DNA from: a virus
Lineage: Duplodnaviria; Caudoviricetes
Virus record (IMG/VR): IMGVR_UViG_3300025600_000019
Span: 7,366-71,365 of that record
Reading direction: 5' to 3' (one strand)
DNA: 64,000 nucleotides
The notes under the pieces were generated by a model. That model was not told where the DNA came from and did not search any database. It saw only the letters and a program-made list of their open reading frames with translations. Position 1 is the stretch's first letter. Each line of letters opens with the position of its first letter. Made by a program: the position numbers and the translations under genes. Below are positions 36,915-47,368 of the stretch, piece by piece.

Positions 36915-37205
36915 TCACAACATTTGTTTAAGAACGTCAACACCAACTTCAATTTCCGAGATAAAGTCATATCCATGAATTTTCTTGACCTCTCTGGCGA
37001 GTTTTCGCCAAGGAGCACTTTTAAGCAGTGCATCAAATTCTTTAATTATGGTCTGATTCGTGCTAAACTCTTGGTAGAAACTGTTAAAGAAATGATCAAA
37101 ATGTCCTCCAAAACATTTAGGAAGTCCCTCCACTTTGATTTTTTCTAATCGAGCAATTTCACGGACCACGATTTCTTTTGGTGTTTTCCCTGTTGTTGAT
37201 TGCAT
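36915..37205 (-). CDS. Hypothetical early protein
   Basis: 96-aa ORF with GAGAGG RBS. Confidence 0.5.
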   Translation of the reverse strand: MQSTTGKTPKEIVVREIARLEKIKVEGLPKCFGGHFDHFFNSFYQEFSTNQTIIKEFDALLKSAPWRKLAREVKKIHGYDFISEIEVGVDVLKQML

Positions 37206-37496
37206 AAGTCACCTCTCAATGTTAATAAATGTGTATGAACCTGTGTTTTTGTCACCTATGACTTTATCTGTTCTTAATGTTTTGTTGATCTTTCGTAGTT
37301 GGTCTCTTGTTAGGGATTTGTCAGTGTATAGAACGAAGATCATACTTATTCCCCTTTGTGGTGTCGTTCAATTTTGTTCCAGAGTAGTTGGCAGAGTTGA
37401 TCAGTGTAATTGTGTAATTCATCATATGGAACGTGCTTTGTCACACGTTCCATGAACTTCCAACATTTATGTGGATTCAGATACCAAGGTGACATT

Positions 37497-37793
37497 TTAA
37501 TAACCTCCTAGACAAATTGCAATTTGGTGTTGATCTTCATATGCAATTAAACTATTAGGGAATGCATCTGCTTTTCGTACAGAGATGTTATTTTTGTTTA
37601 AGCATCTTTTCATTGCACGGAAGCAGTGGATTCCAACTTCTTTGACACCTTGTTGTGTGAACCAAAATTCATATTTTTGAGAAAAATCAAGTTCTGGAGC
37701 AATCAGTTTATGTTTACCCATTTCATATGCAGAATAGGTTGCAGCACCTTTTCCATCAGCAGATTCCAATCTGTAGTACATGTGTTTTAACAT
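37497..37793 (-). CDS. Hypothetical early protein
   Basis: AAGGAG RBS before MLKHMYY. Confidence 0.5.
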   Translation of the reverse strand: MLKHMYYRLESADGKGAATYSAYEMGKHKLIAPELDFSQKYEFWFTQQGVKEVGIHCFRAMKRCLNKNNISVRKADAFPNSLIAYEDQHQIAICLGGY

Positions 37794-37971
37794 GACGAGC
37801 TCCTTACACTTTCTCGTTAAGTAAGTTACAGTCAAGGACTGCTTCACGTTCTGTGTCACATTTGTGGAAATAATAATGATGGTACCCAATTTGATAACGA
37901 ACAAAGAATACATCATCATTGTGTTTACTTTTCATTTTTGTATATGTTGCATTCATGATGTACTCCTTTCG

Positions 37972-38175
37972 TTAGTTTTGTGTTTGATTACTAAATTTGT
38001 CCCATAGAGCATTCAATATGTTTCTGGCATCTGTGCAAAAGTAGGTTGATTGATTGTTAAGATAACTGTAGTCGGAGTTACCAATTGCTGCATGGTGCCC
38101 TTGTGTGTTTAGCCAATTACAAAAATCATTAACGTTGGTCACGTTGGTTGAAAGAATAATTTTATGAGTTTTCAT
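37972..38175 (-). CDS. Hypothetical early protein
   Basis: AACGAAAGGAG RBS. Confidence 0.55.
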   Translation of the reverse strand: MKTHKIILSTNVTNVNDFCNWLNTQGHHAAIGNSDYSYLNNQSTYFCTDARNILNALWDKFSNQTQN

Positions 38176-38196
38176 TTGGAACTCCTTTCGTTTGAG

Positions 38197-38379
38197 TTAG
38201 TTTGCTCTTAATGTTAATAATCTTGGGCCAATAACTACTGTATAAACCTCAATATCAATACATTTGTCATTTTCAACAATTCTACAAATTTCTGAAGTTG
38301 CAGAAGTAAGAGTAGTAAAAGTATGCTTTTTACTTTTGTTGAGATTCCAAAAAGTGCCTTGTATTTTCGTTGCGTTCAT
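38197..38379 (-). CDS. Hypothetical early protein, first gene of the leftward block
   Basis: AAGGGG RBS, directly downstream of the divergent AT-rich gap. Confidence 0.5.
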   Translation of the reverse strand: MNATKIQGTFWNLNKSKKHTFTTLTSATSEICRIVENDKCIDIEVYTVVIGPRLLTLRAN

Positions 38380-38399
38380 GATTATTCCCCTTTTATATT

Positions 38400-38600
38400 T
38401 TTCTGTGTTTTTCTTTTCTCTCTATATATACTATGACAGATCTAAATATTATATACAAGAAAAATGTTACAGAAAATGCTGTTTTTTACAAAATCAAGTC
38501 TTTTTTCTTTTCTTTTGTTTTTATTGATTATATACTGTTTCTACATTGAGAAATCAAGTGGAATTTACCAAAGAATTACATGCATATTACATGCTAAAAA
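38400..38600. promoter_or_regulatory. Divergent AT-rich control region between the early (-) and late (+) blocks
   Basis: Strand switch point. Several - strand boxes (TTGTAA-16-TAACAT; TATAAT at 38448-53; TTGTAT-17-CATAGT). ATTACATGC direct repeat near 38575-38594. Confidence 0.55.
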
Positions 38601-38836
38601 GGGAGACAAAATGAATAATGAACGGATACAGAAATACAGGGATGCCATGGTGAAATGCTTGGTGATTACTTTTAACACAGCATCCCCAGTATCATCAGGT
38701 GAGATTCTGAATTTTGATCCTCCAATAAATTATGCTGATCAAGGTATTGTAGAAAGTACTGTGTTGTTGGCAGATGATTTATATTTAGTGACCTGCAGAG
38801 GACGCAGAGCAGCCAAAGTGGAGGCAATGAAATAAA

Positions 38837-39094
38837 ATGAGAATATCGGCAAGAAGAGGTGATCCAGGGTATGAGTTGTGGTGCTGTAAAAGGGTTGAGG
38901 GTATTAGAGTTCAACTGGATGGGGAAGAGATTAAATTTTGTGTGACTGCGGATGAAGAGTTAGGAAAGGTAATTGCACAACGGAGAAGTGCTGATGGGCA
39001 ACCAATTGCCATCAATGGAGAACTTCAATTCAAAACTATGAAGGGTGAAGTTCATATCTTCATTGGTATCCCAAAACACGTTTCACTGCCATAG
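38837..39094 (+). CDS. Hypothetical protein
   Basis: 85-aa ORF in a run of coupled small genes. Confidence 0.5.
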   Translation: MRISARRGDPGYELWCCKRVEGIRVQLDGEEIKFCVTADEELGKVIAQRRSADGQPIAINGELQFKTMKGEVHIFIGIPKHVSLP

Positions 39095-39484
39095 GAGTAT
39101 TTCATGAAAATAAATATAACAGCACCTAAACTTGACATGTTAAAATATATTTACTTCGTCAAAATACCTGATCTGACTGAGAGACAAATTGAAGGATTGG
39201 TATGCACATTACCTGGAAAGTCTCTCTATGACAACTTGCTTTCCTTGATGTGCAAAGATGAAGTTTGTATATTCCGTAACCCAATTCTTACCAACATCCA
39301 ATGGGAAAAATTCAAAAGGAGTTTACTATGTCATCAACATTAAAATTGGAAATATCATTCAAGTGGTGGTTCAAATTCTACAAATTTGGAGTGACTTGGT
39401 TTAGCATAATTACCAAGTGCGAACCAGATAAGAAACAACTTGAATATTGGATAATGAAAGCAATGATAATAAAGGTAAAAACAA

Positions 39485-40252
39485 ATGGATGATCTAACCA
39501 ATAAAGGTACTATAAGAAAGAGAGCACAAAAGGTATATTCCAAACCACCTGGTAAAACTGGACCACAAAAGAACATAAAGAAAGTAATTAAAGAAGCATC
39601 AAAGAAACATAATGGACCACCTAGGGTATATGATGCAAAGTACCATATCCCAATGGCATATCTATATTGCTCAGAACAAGGTGTGGATTACAATCAATTG
39701 GCAAAGCTCTTTTTAATATCTCCAGACTGTTTGCGTAATTGGATGAGAGACGACCAAAAACTATTCAGGTCCATTAGGATGGGGCTGGATTTGTACCTGT
39801 CGAACGGGTGTGAGACCACGTTGGCGAAGAAAGCAACAGGCTATACTTTCCCAGAACGAGAGTACCAGAATGTGACTTTATATGAGATAGAAGAAACCAC
39901 GGATACCATCACTGGTAAGACCACAGTAAAGAAAACTCCAGTTGGACAGGAGTTGCGATTGGTAAAAGAAACCTGGAAGCATGTACAGCCAGACTTTAAT
40001 TCACTCCAGATGATCTTAACCAACAGATGTCCAGAACGATGGTCGAATGTACAGCAACTCCAAATAAAAGGGCAGATCAATCATGTAATGTTGGAAGGTG
40101 GTGGAAGTGGGTTAGCACCAATTGACCCAACTAAGTTGACTGATGCTGAATTGGTACGACTTATTGAATTGACAGGAGGAACTGCACCACCTAGAATTGT
40201 TGAAGATGCTCCACAAATTGAGAACGCAGACTACACGGAGATAAAGAAATGA
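39485..40252 (+). CDS. terS: Terminase small subunit (HTH type)
   Basis: HTH YNQLAKLFLISPDCLRNWM, then ETTLAKKATGY..KHVQPD..MILTNRCPERW, a pattern typical of this TerS family. Confidence 0.72.
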   Translation: MDDLTNKGTIRKRAQKVYSKPPGKTGPQKNIKKVIKEASKKHNGPPRVYDAKYHIPMAYLYCSEQGVDYNQLAKLFLISPDCLRNWMRDDQKLFRSIRMGLDLYLSNGCETTLAKKATGYTFPEREYQNVTLYEIEETTDTITGKTTVKKTPVGQELRLVKETWKHVQPDFNSLQMILTNRCPERWSNVQQLQIKGQINHVMLEGGGSGLAPIDPTKLTDAELVRLIELTGGTAPPRIVEDAPQIENADYTEIKK

Positions 40253-40656
40253 GACACTTCCTACTTATGGTAATTGCTTCATTGGTGTTGGTTAGTACGT
40301 GTTTTGGTGAAGAAACCAACAAGAACGCATGGACGAAGATAGACACAGCTTTAGAAATTGCCACAATAGCAACTTTGGCAATGGACTGGAGTCAGACAAG
40401 AACGATTGCAAAGAATCCAGACCGTTACTACGAGACTAATCCTATTCTTGGAAAGCATCCTAATGTTGGTACAGTGGATTTGTACTTTGCTGCTTGCGCT
40501 GTTGGACATGCTGGTATTGCATATTTGTTACCACAATCTATAACAGTACTAAATCTGGAAGTACCTGTTCGCAAAGTTTGGCAGTTGACTTGGATTGGAT
40601 TGGAAGTAGGTGCAATAGCGAACAATGTGAAGGCTGGAATTAAATTTGATTTTTAA
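40249..40656 (+). CDS. Exported/membrane protein
   Basis: Signal peptide MRHFLLMVIASLVLVSTCFG, DWSQTR..YETNPILG motif, ends AGIKFDF. Confidence 0.6.
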   Translation: MRHFLLMVIASLVLVSTCFGEETNKNAWTKIDTALEIATIATLAMDWSQTRTIAKNPDRYYETNPILGKHPNVGTVDLYFAACAVGHAGIAYLLPQSITVLNLEVPVRKVWQLTWIGLEVGAIANNVKAGIKFDF

Positions 40657-40882
40657 CTCAAGGAGAATGTATTATGAACTTACACATTGTTGAATCACGG
40701 ATGCATCACGATGGAGTCAAAGCAGAACCATTAGAGTTTTTACGTGCTATTGGTGTGGAGCACAAAGAAACCAAGAAATGTCCTGTTTGTGGGATGACAG
40801 TTTTACACGATGTGGAGGAAAGTACGTTGCCAGTACCTCTTCCACATTGGCTCATAGAATTTAATTAAATTGAGTGTTCATG

Positions 40883-40902
40883 TCTATCGGAATTCCGATA
40901 GA
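40883..40902. repeat. Perfect 20-bp palindrome TCTATCGGAATTCCGATAGA
   Basis: Read directly; intergenic. Confidence 0.85.
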
Positions 40903-41352
40903 TCTACTGATTCTTGCATATACCTCTAAAACGAACGCATTTGACTTCTGAGGGGTTTTGGGTATTTCTGAATAGAGTAAGTTTCAAAAATATATTGATG
41001 CCATCGTAGGGAAACCCGCATCAGTAAAGGGTTCACAGGGGATTTTTAAAGGGTTCTAATTTTCAGGTTGTCACGATTCTTGCATAGAGAAAAACACAAA
41101 AAGGAGTCTATTATGTCATGGCATTGTCCAGAATTTCAAAAGAACATAGTGCATGGTAAGGGTGTAGTTTGCAAACAGTGTTTAAACAACCCAGTAAATA
41201 AAAGGAGTTAATTATGGAAGTATATGACATGGATCAAGTGTTCCCAACAGGTTCTCTTTTTGATCACAACGGTTGTTCAATCTGTGACGAGCACTTATTC
41301 AACCTGCAATCGTTTTACATGGAAGAGTCAAAAACAATGGAGGAGTAGCATC

Positions 41353-41781
41353 ATGTGGAATGTTTATCTGGCAGCAGCATACAACAGGAAAGAAGAGATT
41401 AAACATTTTGCAAAAAGACTCACGCATTTCTTACCCAATGTTGAGGTTGTTTCAAGTTGGATACATGAATCATATTCACCAAATATTACATTAAAAGAGG
41501 TTTCTGAGTTTGAACTGTCTGCCACCGCCAACAAGGACTTTTGTGAATTAGCCAAGTCAAACATCCTGATTGCTTTTTCACAGAGTCCTGAGGTACCTTC
41601 CGTGCGTGGAGGGAGGCATGTCGAGTTAGGGATTGCACTTGGTTTGGGTGATTGCTTAATCTGTATAATTGGACCTAAAGAAAACATCTTCCACTACCTT
41701 GATCTTCCTACCATAAACCATTTTGATTCAGAAAGAGATTGTGTCACATTCATTGAGGAGTACATCCAATGCCATTCGTGA
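41353..41781 (+). CDS. Nucleoside 2-deoxyribosyltransferase / nucleotide N-glycosidase-like protein
   Basis: VYLAAAY, DFCEL..SNILIAF and GGRHVELGIALG flavodoxin-like NDT motifs. GGAGGAG RBS before MWNV. Confidence 0.75.
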   Translation: MWNVYLAAAYNRKEEIKHFAKRLTHFLPNVEVVSSWIHESYSPNITLKEVSEFELSATANKDFCELAKSNILIAFSQSPEVPSVRGGRHVELGIALGLGDCLICIIGPKENIFHYLDLPTINHFDSERDCVTFIEEYIQCHS

Positions 41782-42020
41782 CTAAAGACCACAGGGAGGA
41801 ACCATGCCTTGGTTGTGCTGGTGACAGATGCTATATTTACTATCAAGACATAATGAAGGAGTGGAGAGCTAACCCAAGATGGACAACAGTGGATATTATT
41901 GCTGCTGATCTGTTCCCAGATGAATTGCAGAGAGCGCACTTTTTGGCATTCATGGTGTTCTTTCAGATGCATGTAATTCCGTACGAGGAGCAAAAACGTG
42001 TTGAGAATGGGGAGGTGTAG
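41769..42020 (+). CDS. Conserved phage hypothetical protein
   Basis: Ends VIPYEEQKRVENGEV. Confidence 0.55.
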   Translation: MPFVTKDHREEPCLGCAGDRCYIYYQDIMKEWRANPRWTTVDIIAADLFPDELQRAHFLAFMVFFQMHVIPYEEQKRVENGEV

Positions 42021-42021
42021 T

Positions 42022-42657
42022 ATGGTTAATAAAGATGGCAGGGAAGCTGTGTTTGGGTTGTGTAGTTACTGTGGTAAATTAGGGCATCGGGAATTTGATT
42101 GCCCTGAATTTTCAAACAATGCAATAAAGGAAAAAATGGATACTATTATGGAACAGGCTGAGAATTGCATATGCCCAGATTGTAAACAAAGTTTGCCTAA
42201 GAATCTTGTGCATCTTTGCCCAAAACGAGAGATTATAAATTGTTCCTATGTTGGGGATGATGGTGTATTGGTGAAAGAATTTCTGAGTGGAGAATTAAAG
42301 CCTACACAGCCAACCCGTGAATTTGAATCCGGTGCCATACGTGACAACAATACAGATAAACTTGATTATGATGAAGCAACACATCCATTGGTGGAAATGT
42401 CTTTTGGGGAGTTCATGCATGGTCATACATATCTCAGGGATGGTACCAGACGTCCCGCAGACAACTGGCAAAAGGGGATCCCAAGAAAGGAGTACATGAA
42501 GTCAATGAAGAGACACATGATGGATGCATGGGCATTGCATCATGATATAGTTGTGAAAGATCGTACTGATGGACATTTGGTTACATTGGAAGAGGCTTTA
42601 AATGCAATGAAATTTAATATTAATGGTTACATACTTGAGTTACTGAAAGGAAGATAA
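42022..42657 (+). CDS. dATP/dGTP diphosphohydrolase-domain protein (DUF5664-like) with N-terminal Zn knuckles
   Basis: REFESGAIRD..KLDY..DNWQKGIP..YMKSMKRH. Confidence 0.72.
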   Translation: MVNKDGREAVFGLCSYCGKLGHREFDCPEFSNNAIKEKMDTIMEQAENCICPDCKQSLPKNLVHLCPKREIINCSYVGDDGVLVKEFLSGELKPTQPTREFESGAIRDNNTDKLDYDEATHPLVEMSFGEFMHGHTYLRDGTRRPADNWQKGIPRKEYMKSMKRHMMDAWALHHDIVVKDRTDGHLVTLEEALNAMKFNINGYILELLKGR

Positions 42658-43634
42658 TGAACCAAGCCGCGATTCAAAGGATGGAAAAGGTGTATGAAGC
42701 TGATTGCCAAATTGGTAGAGTGCGCTTGCAACGAATAGCACAGGTTACACAGGTAGAGGCAAGAACATTTTTGGAAATGAAACGTAGTCAGTGTGCTGGA
42801 GAAACATTTGCAGATCCTCCAGAGGTAAAACTAGAACCAGAAACCCCCAAACCTTTATTTGACCTTTCCCCATTTGAAATTGAACTGCTAAGACGAGGAA
42901 CACAACAAAGGATAATTGAACCTCAAGAATTTCTTTGGAGCAAGTCCTCATTTAAGTTTGCACATATCACGGACACACATATGGGACACAACTTCTCCAA
43001 ATTAGATTGGTGGTTAAAGGCTGTTGATCTGATTGAGAAAGAGGAGTGCCAATTTGTTTGTCATTCGGGAGATGTTACTGAGGGCATGAATTCCCGAATC
43101 CCAGGGCATATGTATGAATTGGAGGCTATTGGTTCCTCCGCACAACTGCAACTAGCACATGACAGAGTGAACCTGTTACCATGCCCTGTGTACGCAATTG
43201 ATGGTAATCACGATTTGTGGGGGCACAACAACATTGGATTTGACCCATGTAAAGAATTGGAACAGCGTATGCCAGGTAAGTTTGTGTATCTAGGGATGCA
43301 TGAAGCAGATTTAAAGATAAGTAACATTACTATTAAAATGTGGCATGGAGAGGATGGTGCTTCCTATGCCACATCATACAGAACACAGAAGTTTGTGGAG
43401 CAATTAAGTGGTGGAGAGAAACCACATATCCTGCTTGCAGGGCATGACCACAAAGAGATAGCATACACATGTAGGAACGTGAAAGTGTTTGGCGGTGGTA
43501 CTTTGTGTGGGCAAACCAAATGGATGCGCAACAAGAAACTGGCAGCACATGTTGGATTTCGCATTATTGAGGTATGGACAAATGAAACAGGCATCGAAAG
43601 AATTAAAGAAGAGTGGATCCCATTTTTTACTTAA
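42657..43634 (+). CDS. Calcineurin-like metallophosphoesterase
   Basis: ITDTHMG, HSGDVTEG, DGNHD, WHG and AGHDH. Confidence 0.88.
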   Translation: MNQAAIQRMEKVYEADCQIGRVRLQRIAQVTQVEARTFLEMKRSQCAGETFADPPEVKLEPETPKPLFDLSPFEIELLRRGTQQRIIEPQEFLWSKSSFKFAHITDTHMGHNFSKLDWWLKAVDLIEKEECQFVCHSGDVTEGMNSRIPGHMYELEAIGSSAQLQLAHDRVNLLPCPVYAIDGNHDLWGHNNIGFDPCKELEQRMPGKFVYLGMHEADLKISNITIKMWHGEDGASYATSYRTQKFVEQLSGGEKPHILLAGHDHKEIAYTCRNVKVFGGGTLCGQTKWMRNKKLAAHVGFRIIEVWTNETGIERIKEEWIPFFT

Positions 43635-43981
43635 TGTGTTTGAGGACTTGGTTGTTCTGGTGTTCGCATTTCTAATTCTATATTCAGTTTTTGGGAGATG
43701 ATATGACAAGACATGAATGTGCTATACTGGCAATATATGGTAAGTGTAATAAATCAGAGGTGTGTAAGGACTGCAAGTTGAAGGAGCATTGATGTTTGTG
43801 TGTCAGTGCTTGTGGTATGCACTTAGGACTTATTGGAGGGAAGGGGGCTATATCTGCATGAGGAAAAACAACTTATGTCGTTGGATGCCCCATTTCCTTC
43901 ATCTGAACAAAGAAATGGATTGCATGTCACACATGACACTAAAAGATGGTAAGTGGGTTGTGTGTATACTGGGGAGAAAGA

Positions 43982-44272
43982 ATGTCCAGAAGTTATAAGC
44001 ATACACCAATACACAAGATGGCTCCTGAGCATGGAAAGATAGGAAAGCATTTTGCCAATCGTAGGGTCCGCAGATACAAGGGGGACCTTTCTTCGGGTAA
44101 AAGTTACCGTAAATTATATGATCCATGGGAGATACATGATTGGATTACATATGAAACTCTCAATGATGCTTTGGTACCTCGTAGGTTCAGTTTGTTTGGT
44201 ATGTCTGTTTTTCCCGCACGTACTATACAGGAAAAGATTAAACAGTGGAAGAAAGAAATGCTTTGGAAGTGA
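43982..44272 (+). CDS. Basic hypothetical protein
   Basis: MSRSYKHTP..ANRRVR..SYRKLYDPWEIHDW. Confidence 0.55.
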   Translation: MSRSYKHTPIHKMAPEHGKIGKHFANRRVRRYKGDLSSGKSYRKLYDPWEIHDWITYETLNDALVPRRFSLFGMSVFPARTIQEKIKQWKKEMLWK

Positions 44273-44345
44273 AAGGAAGCACCAATAAAATTCTACTTTG
44301 AGGAATATATTGAGAACAATTCCAAATAAAATAGCAGCAATAACA

Positions 44346-45890
44346 ATGCCAGCTTTACCTGACCCGAAGGATCAATTGAACTTTCCTCGTGTAGCAGGGT
44401 TAGCAGAAATGTGCCGCAGATCGTTTAAATTCTTTGTCCAGCAATTCTGGGATGAAGTGGTGGCAGAGCCATTGTTGTGGGCATGGCACATGGATGTATT
44501 TTGTGAAGAATTTGAGAAAGTGATACGGCGTGTTGTTGGTACTCCGGTATACGACTGTAATGGAGTATTGATACACCGCAAGAGAGAGAAGAAAGAATAT
44601 GACCTAGTTATTAACGTCCCTCCGGGTACCACAAAATCATTGATATTCACAGTCATGGGTCCAGTCTGGTGTTGGTTGCTGGACCCTACAATGCGGTTTA
44701 TTACGGGCTCATATAGTTCTGATTTGTCGGTGGAGCATTCTGATCTTGCTAGGGACTTGTTCAAGAGTCAGAGATTTCAATTGTATTTCCCAGGACTGCA
44801 TATACGTCAGGACAAGGATGTAAAGTCAAACTACCACAACAATAAAAAGGGCTCCAGGTTCACAACTAGTGTTGGTGGTACTGTAACCGGGATGCATGCT
44901 CATGTTATTATTATTGATGACCCATTAAATCCTAAGAAAGCTGCTAGTGAGATAGAATTGAGAAGTGCATCACAATGGATGGAACGTACTCTCTCAACAC
45001 GTAAAATTGATAAAGCGGTCACTCCAACTATTCTGGTAATGCAAAGACTGGACGAGAAAGACCCGTCTGGAATGATGTTGGAAAAAATGAAAGCTGGGAA
45101 GAAACAGATACGTCACATTTGTTTACCAGGAGAGATATTCCAAGGAGCAACAACAACGAAAGGGGAAAAGGTCATTCAGTTGGTGCAGCCCCCAGAACTT
45201 GCTGAGAAGTACGTTAATGGAATGCTTGACCCCCTTCGATTGAGTACAGAGACACTCCACGAATTAAATGCGGACCTTGGACAATATGGATATGCTGGTC
45301 AGATACAACAGCAACCAGCACCACCTGAGGGTGGTATGTTCAAAGTTGGCAAGATCGAAATAATAGATATGCCTCCCGTATGGAACATCAAGCAACAGAT
45401 ACGCTATTGGGATAAAGCAGGGACAGACAAGAAAGAGAATCCAGGGGCTTGTCACACAGCAGGAGTTAAAATTGCTTTATTAAGCAATGGCAAATATTGT
45501 ATAATAGATGTTGTTCGTGGCCAGTGGGGCACGGATGATCGAGAGGATAGAATAAAGTTAACTGCTCAGTTGGATGGCACAAATGTGTTTACATGGATAG
45601 AACAAGAACCTGGGAGCGGGGGGAAAGATTCAGCAAGAGGGACAATTAAAAACTTAGCAGGATACCCCATACATGCTGAAACAGCAACAGGGGATAAGGT
45701 AACGAGAGCAGACCCAATGTCAGTGCAGGTGAATTGGGGTAATTTTTGTATGGTAAGGGCACCGTGGAATCAGGACTACATAGATGAAATGGCAAATTTC
45801 CCATTTAGTAAGTGGAAAGACCAAATAGATGCAAGTTCAGGAGCATTTAATAAATTAGCGATACCAAAGAAAGTTGCAGGTACATGGTAA
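44346..45890 (+). CDS. terL: Terminase large subunit
   Basis: INVPPGTTKS Walker A, IIIDDPLNP Walker B, VMQRL, RYWDKAGT, IEQEPGSGG and DQIDASSGAF. Confidence 0.95.
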   Translation: MPALPDPKDQLNFPRVAGLAEMCRRSFKFFVQQFWDEVVAEPLLWAWHMDVFCEEFEKVIRRVVGTPVYDCNGVLIHRKREKKEYDLVINVPPGTTKSLIFTVMGPVWCWLLDPTMRFITGSYSSDLSVEHSDLARDLFKSQRFQLYFPGLHIRQDKDVKSNYHNNKKGSRFTTSVGGTVTGMHAHVIIIDDPLNPKKAASEIELRSASQWMERTLSTRKIDKAVTPTILVMQRLDEKDPSGMMLEKMKAGKKQIRHICLPGEIFQGATTTKGEKVIQLVQPPELAEKYVNGMLDPLRLSTETLHELNADLGQYGYAGQIQQQPAPPEGGMFKVGKIEIIDMPPVWNIKQQIRYWDKAGTDKKENPGACHTAGVKIALLSNGKYCIIDVVRGQWGTDDREDRIKLTAQLDGTNVFTWIEQEPGSGGKDSARGTIKNLAGYPIHAETATGDKVTRADPMSVQVNWGNFCMVRAPWNQDYIDEMANFPFSKWKDQIDASSGAFNKLAIPKKVAGTW

Positions 45891-45912
45891 TAACGAGATG
45901 GAGGTACTTAAT

Positions 45913-46998
45913 ATGAAGCGATTGATGTTGATAACATTAGGAATTATATTTTCATGTGGGCTTTCAATTGCAGGAGGGTTTGGTTTAGGAAGTTCAGGAG
46001 GAAGTTCAGGTATAAAGAATGTATCTGTTGCTCCAGTTAATGATGGAGATTTACTTGGTTGGGATGGTATTACTGGTCAGAGAGTAAAGAACATTACAAT
46101 GCTTCCAGCAGGAACAACAGCAATTACACAAGATCAAGGAGATGATGGTACCAGAGTTGCTACAACAGCATATGCGGATGCTATTTTTAGCAATCTTTCG
46201 TCAACAGCATTTACAGGTAAGGTTTTAACCAATTATTCATCAGGTGTGGGAACAGTTTCAGCAAGTGACACTATATTGAGTGCTTTTGGCAAACTTAATG
46301 GTAATATTGAAGGTAAACAAGCATCATTAACAAATCCAGCAGTACTTGGAACAGCACAGACATGGACGCAAGCACAAACATTTTCGGATAGTGGTGTTAA
46401 ATTGAAAGGTAGTTCCACGGGATTTACCACGTTTTCAAGTGCAAACAATGGAGCAACAAATTACACATTAACAGTTCCAGCAGCTAATGTAGTAATTGCT
46501 GCAAATGATGGTTCCAATCTTGCAATTGCAAACCAGGCAACAGGTGATTTAGCGGTTGCGTCAAGTACTACGGCATATGGTAAAGTTGCTGCTGTTGCTG
46601 TTGGGCAGGTACTCACTTCCCAAGGAACTGGTGCTGCTCCAGCCTATTCAGCCAATCCGACAGTAAGTAACATAGATTGCCCAACAATAACAAGTGCTGC
46701 TCAAGGCGATGCCACATTAAATCTTGATGGTGTTGCATACTGTGATTACAATTATTCCAATGGAGCAAGTGCCGCAGCCTACACAACATCATTTACCAGC
46801 AAACCAGCTTCTGGACTTGTGAGATACATTACGTTATCCTTAGGTGGGGGGGCTGGTGTAGTTACAACTACATGGACAGGGGTGGCATGGATTGGTACTG
46901 CTGGTTCAACAACGACAACAACCAACAAAACATCCTCGTATGCATGTAAAGTTGGGAATGCAACGACATATTGCACTATCATTGCAGAAGCATATTAA
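45913..46998 (+). CDS. Signal-peptide protein with tail-fibre-like shaft motifs
   Basis: MKRLMLITLGIIFSCGLSIA leader. TQDQGDDGTRVATTAYAD and VGQVLTSQGTGAAP fibre motifs. Confidence 0.6.
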   Translation: MKRLMLITLGIIFSCGLSIAGGFGLGSSGGSSGIKNVSVAPVNDGDLLGWDGITGQRVKNITMLPAGTTAITQDQGDDGTRVATTAYADAIFSNLSSTAFTGKVLTNYSSGVGTVSASDTILSAFGKLNGNIEGKQASLTNPAVLGTAQTWTQAQTFSDSGVKLKGSSTGFTTFSSANNGATNYTLTVPAANVVIAANDGSNLAIANQATGDLAVASSTTAYGKVAAVAVGQVLTSQGTGAAPAYSANPTVSNIDCPTITSAAQGDATLNLDGVAYCDYNYSNGASAAAYTTSFTSKPASGLVRYITLSLGGGAGVVTTTWTGVAWIGTAGSTTTTTNKTSSYACKVGNATTYCTIIAEAY

Positions 46999-47019
46999 AA
47001 TAGGTAAAGGAGTTTATTT

Positions 47020-47358
47020 ATGAAGAGATTTATTGCAGCATTGTTTTTGGTATTAGTTGCATCAGTGTGTTTTGGCAGTACGATCAACTTGCAATGGGAT
47101 GATACCAATACAGGAACGATTGTTGGATATCATTTGTATCAGCAAGTTGGAACGGCAGCATATGTTTTAGTACAAACGATTCCAAAGGGCACTTTGAAAG
47201 CAACAGCAACTATTGATAATACGAAGTCCTACAATTTTGCTGTAACAGCGTATAACTCAACAGGACAAGAGAGTGCGTATTCCAATGTAGTGAACATTCC
47301 TGTGTTACCTGCTGCTCCAACTAACCTGCGGTCAATAATGATCATTGTTTCACCTTAA
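47020..47358 (+). CDS. Secreted single fibronectin type III domain protein
   Basis: MKRFIAALFLVLVASVCFG leader. LQWD..GYHLY..YNFAVTAYNSTGQESAYSN FN3 pattern. Confidence 0.8.
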   Translation: MKRFIAALFLVLVASVCFGSTINLQWDDTNTGTIVGYHLYQQVGTAAYVLVQTIPKGTLKATATIDNTKSYNFAVTAYNSTGQESAYSNVVNIPVLPAAPTNLRSIMIIVSP

Positions 47359-47368
47359 TGGAGGAGAT

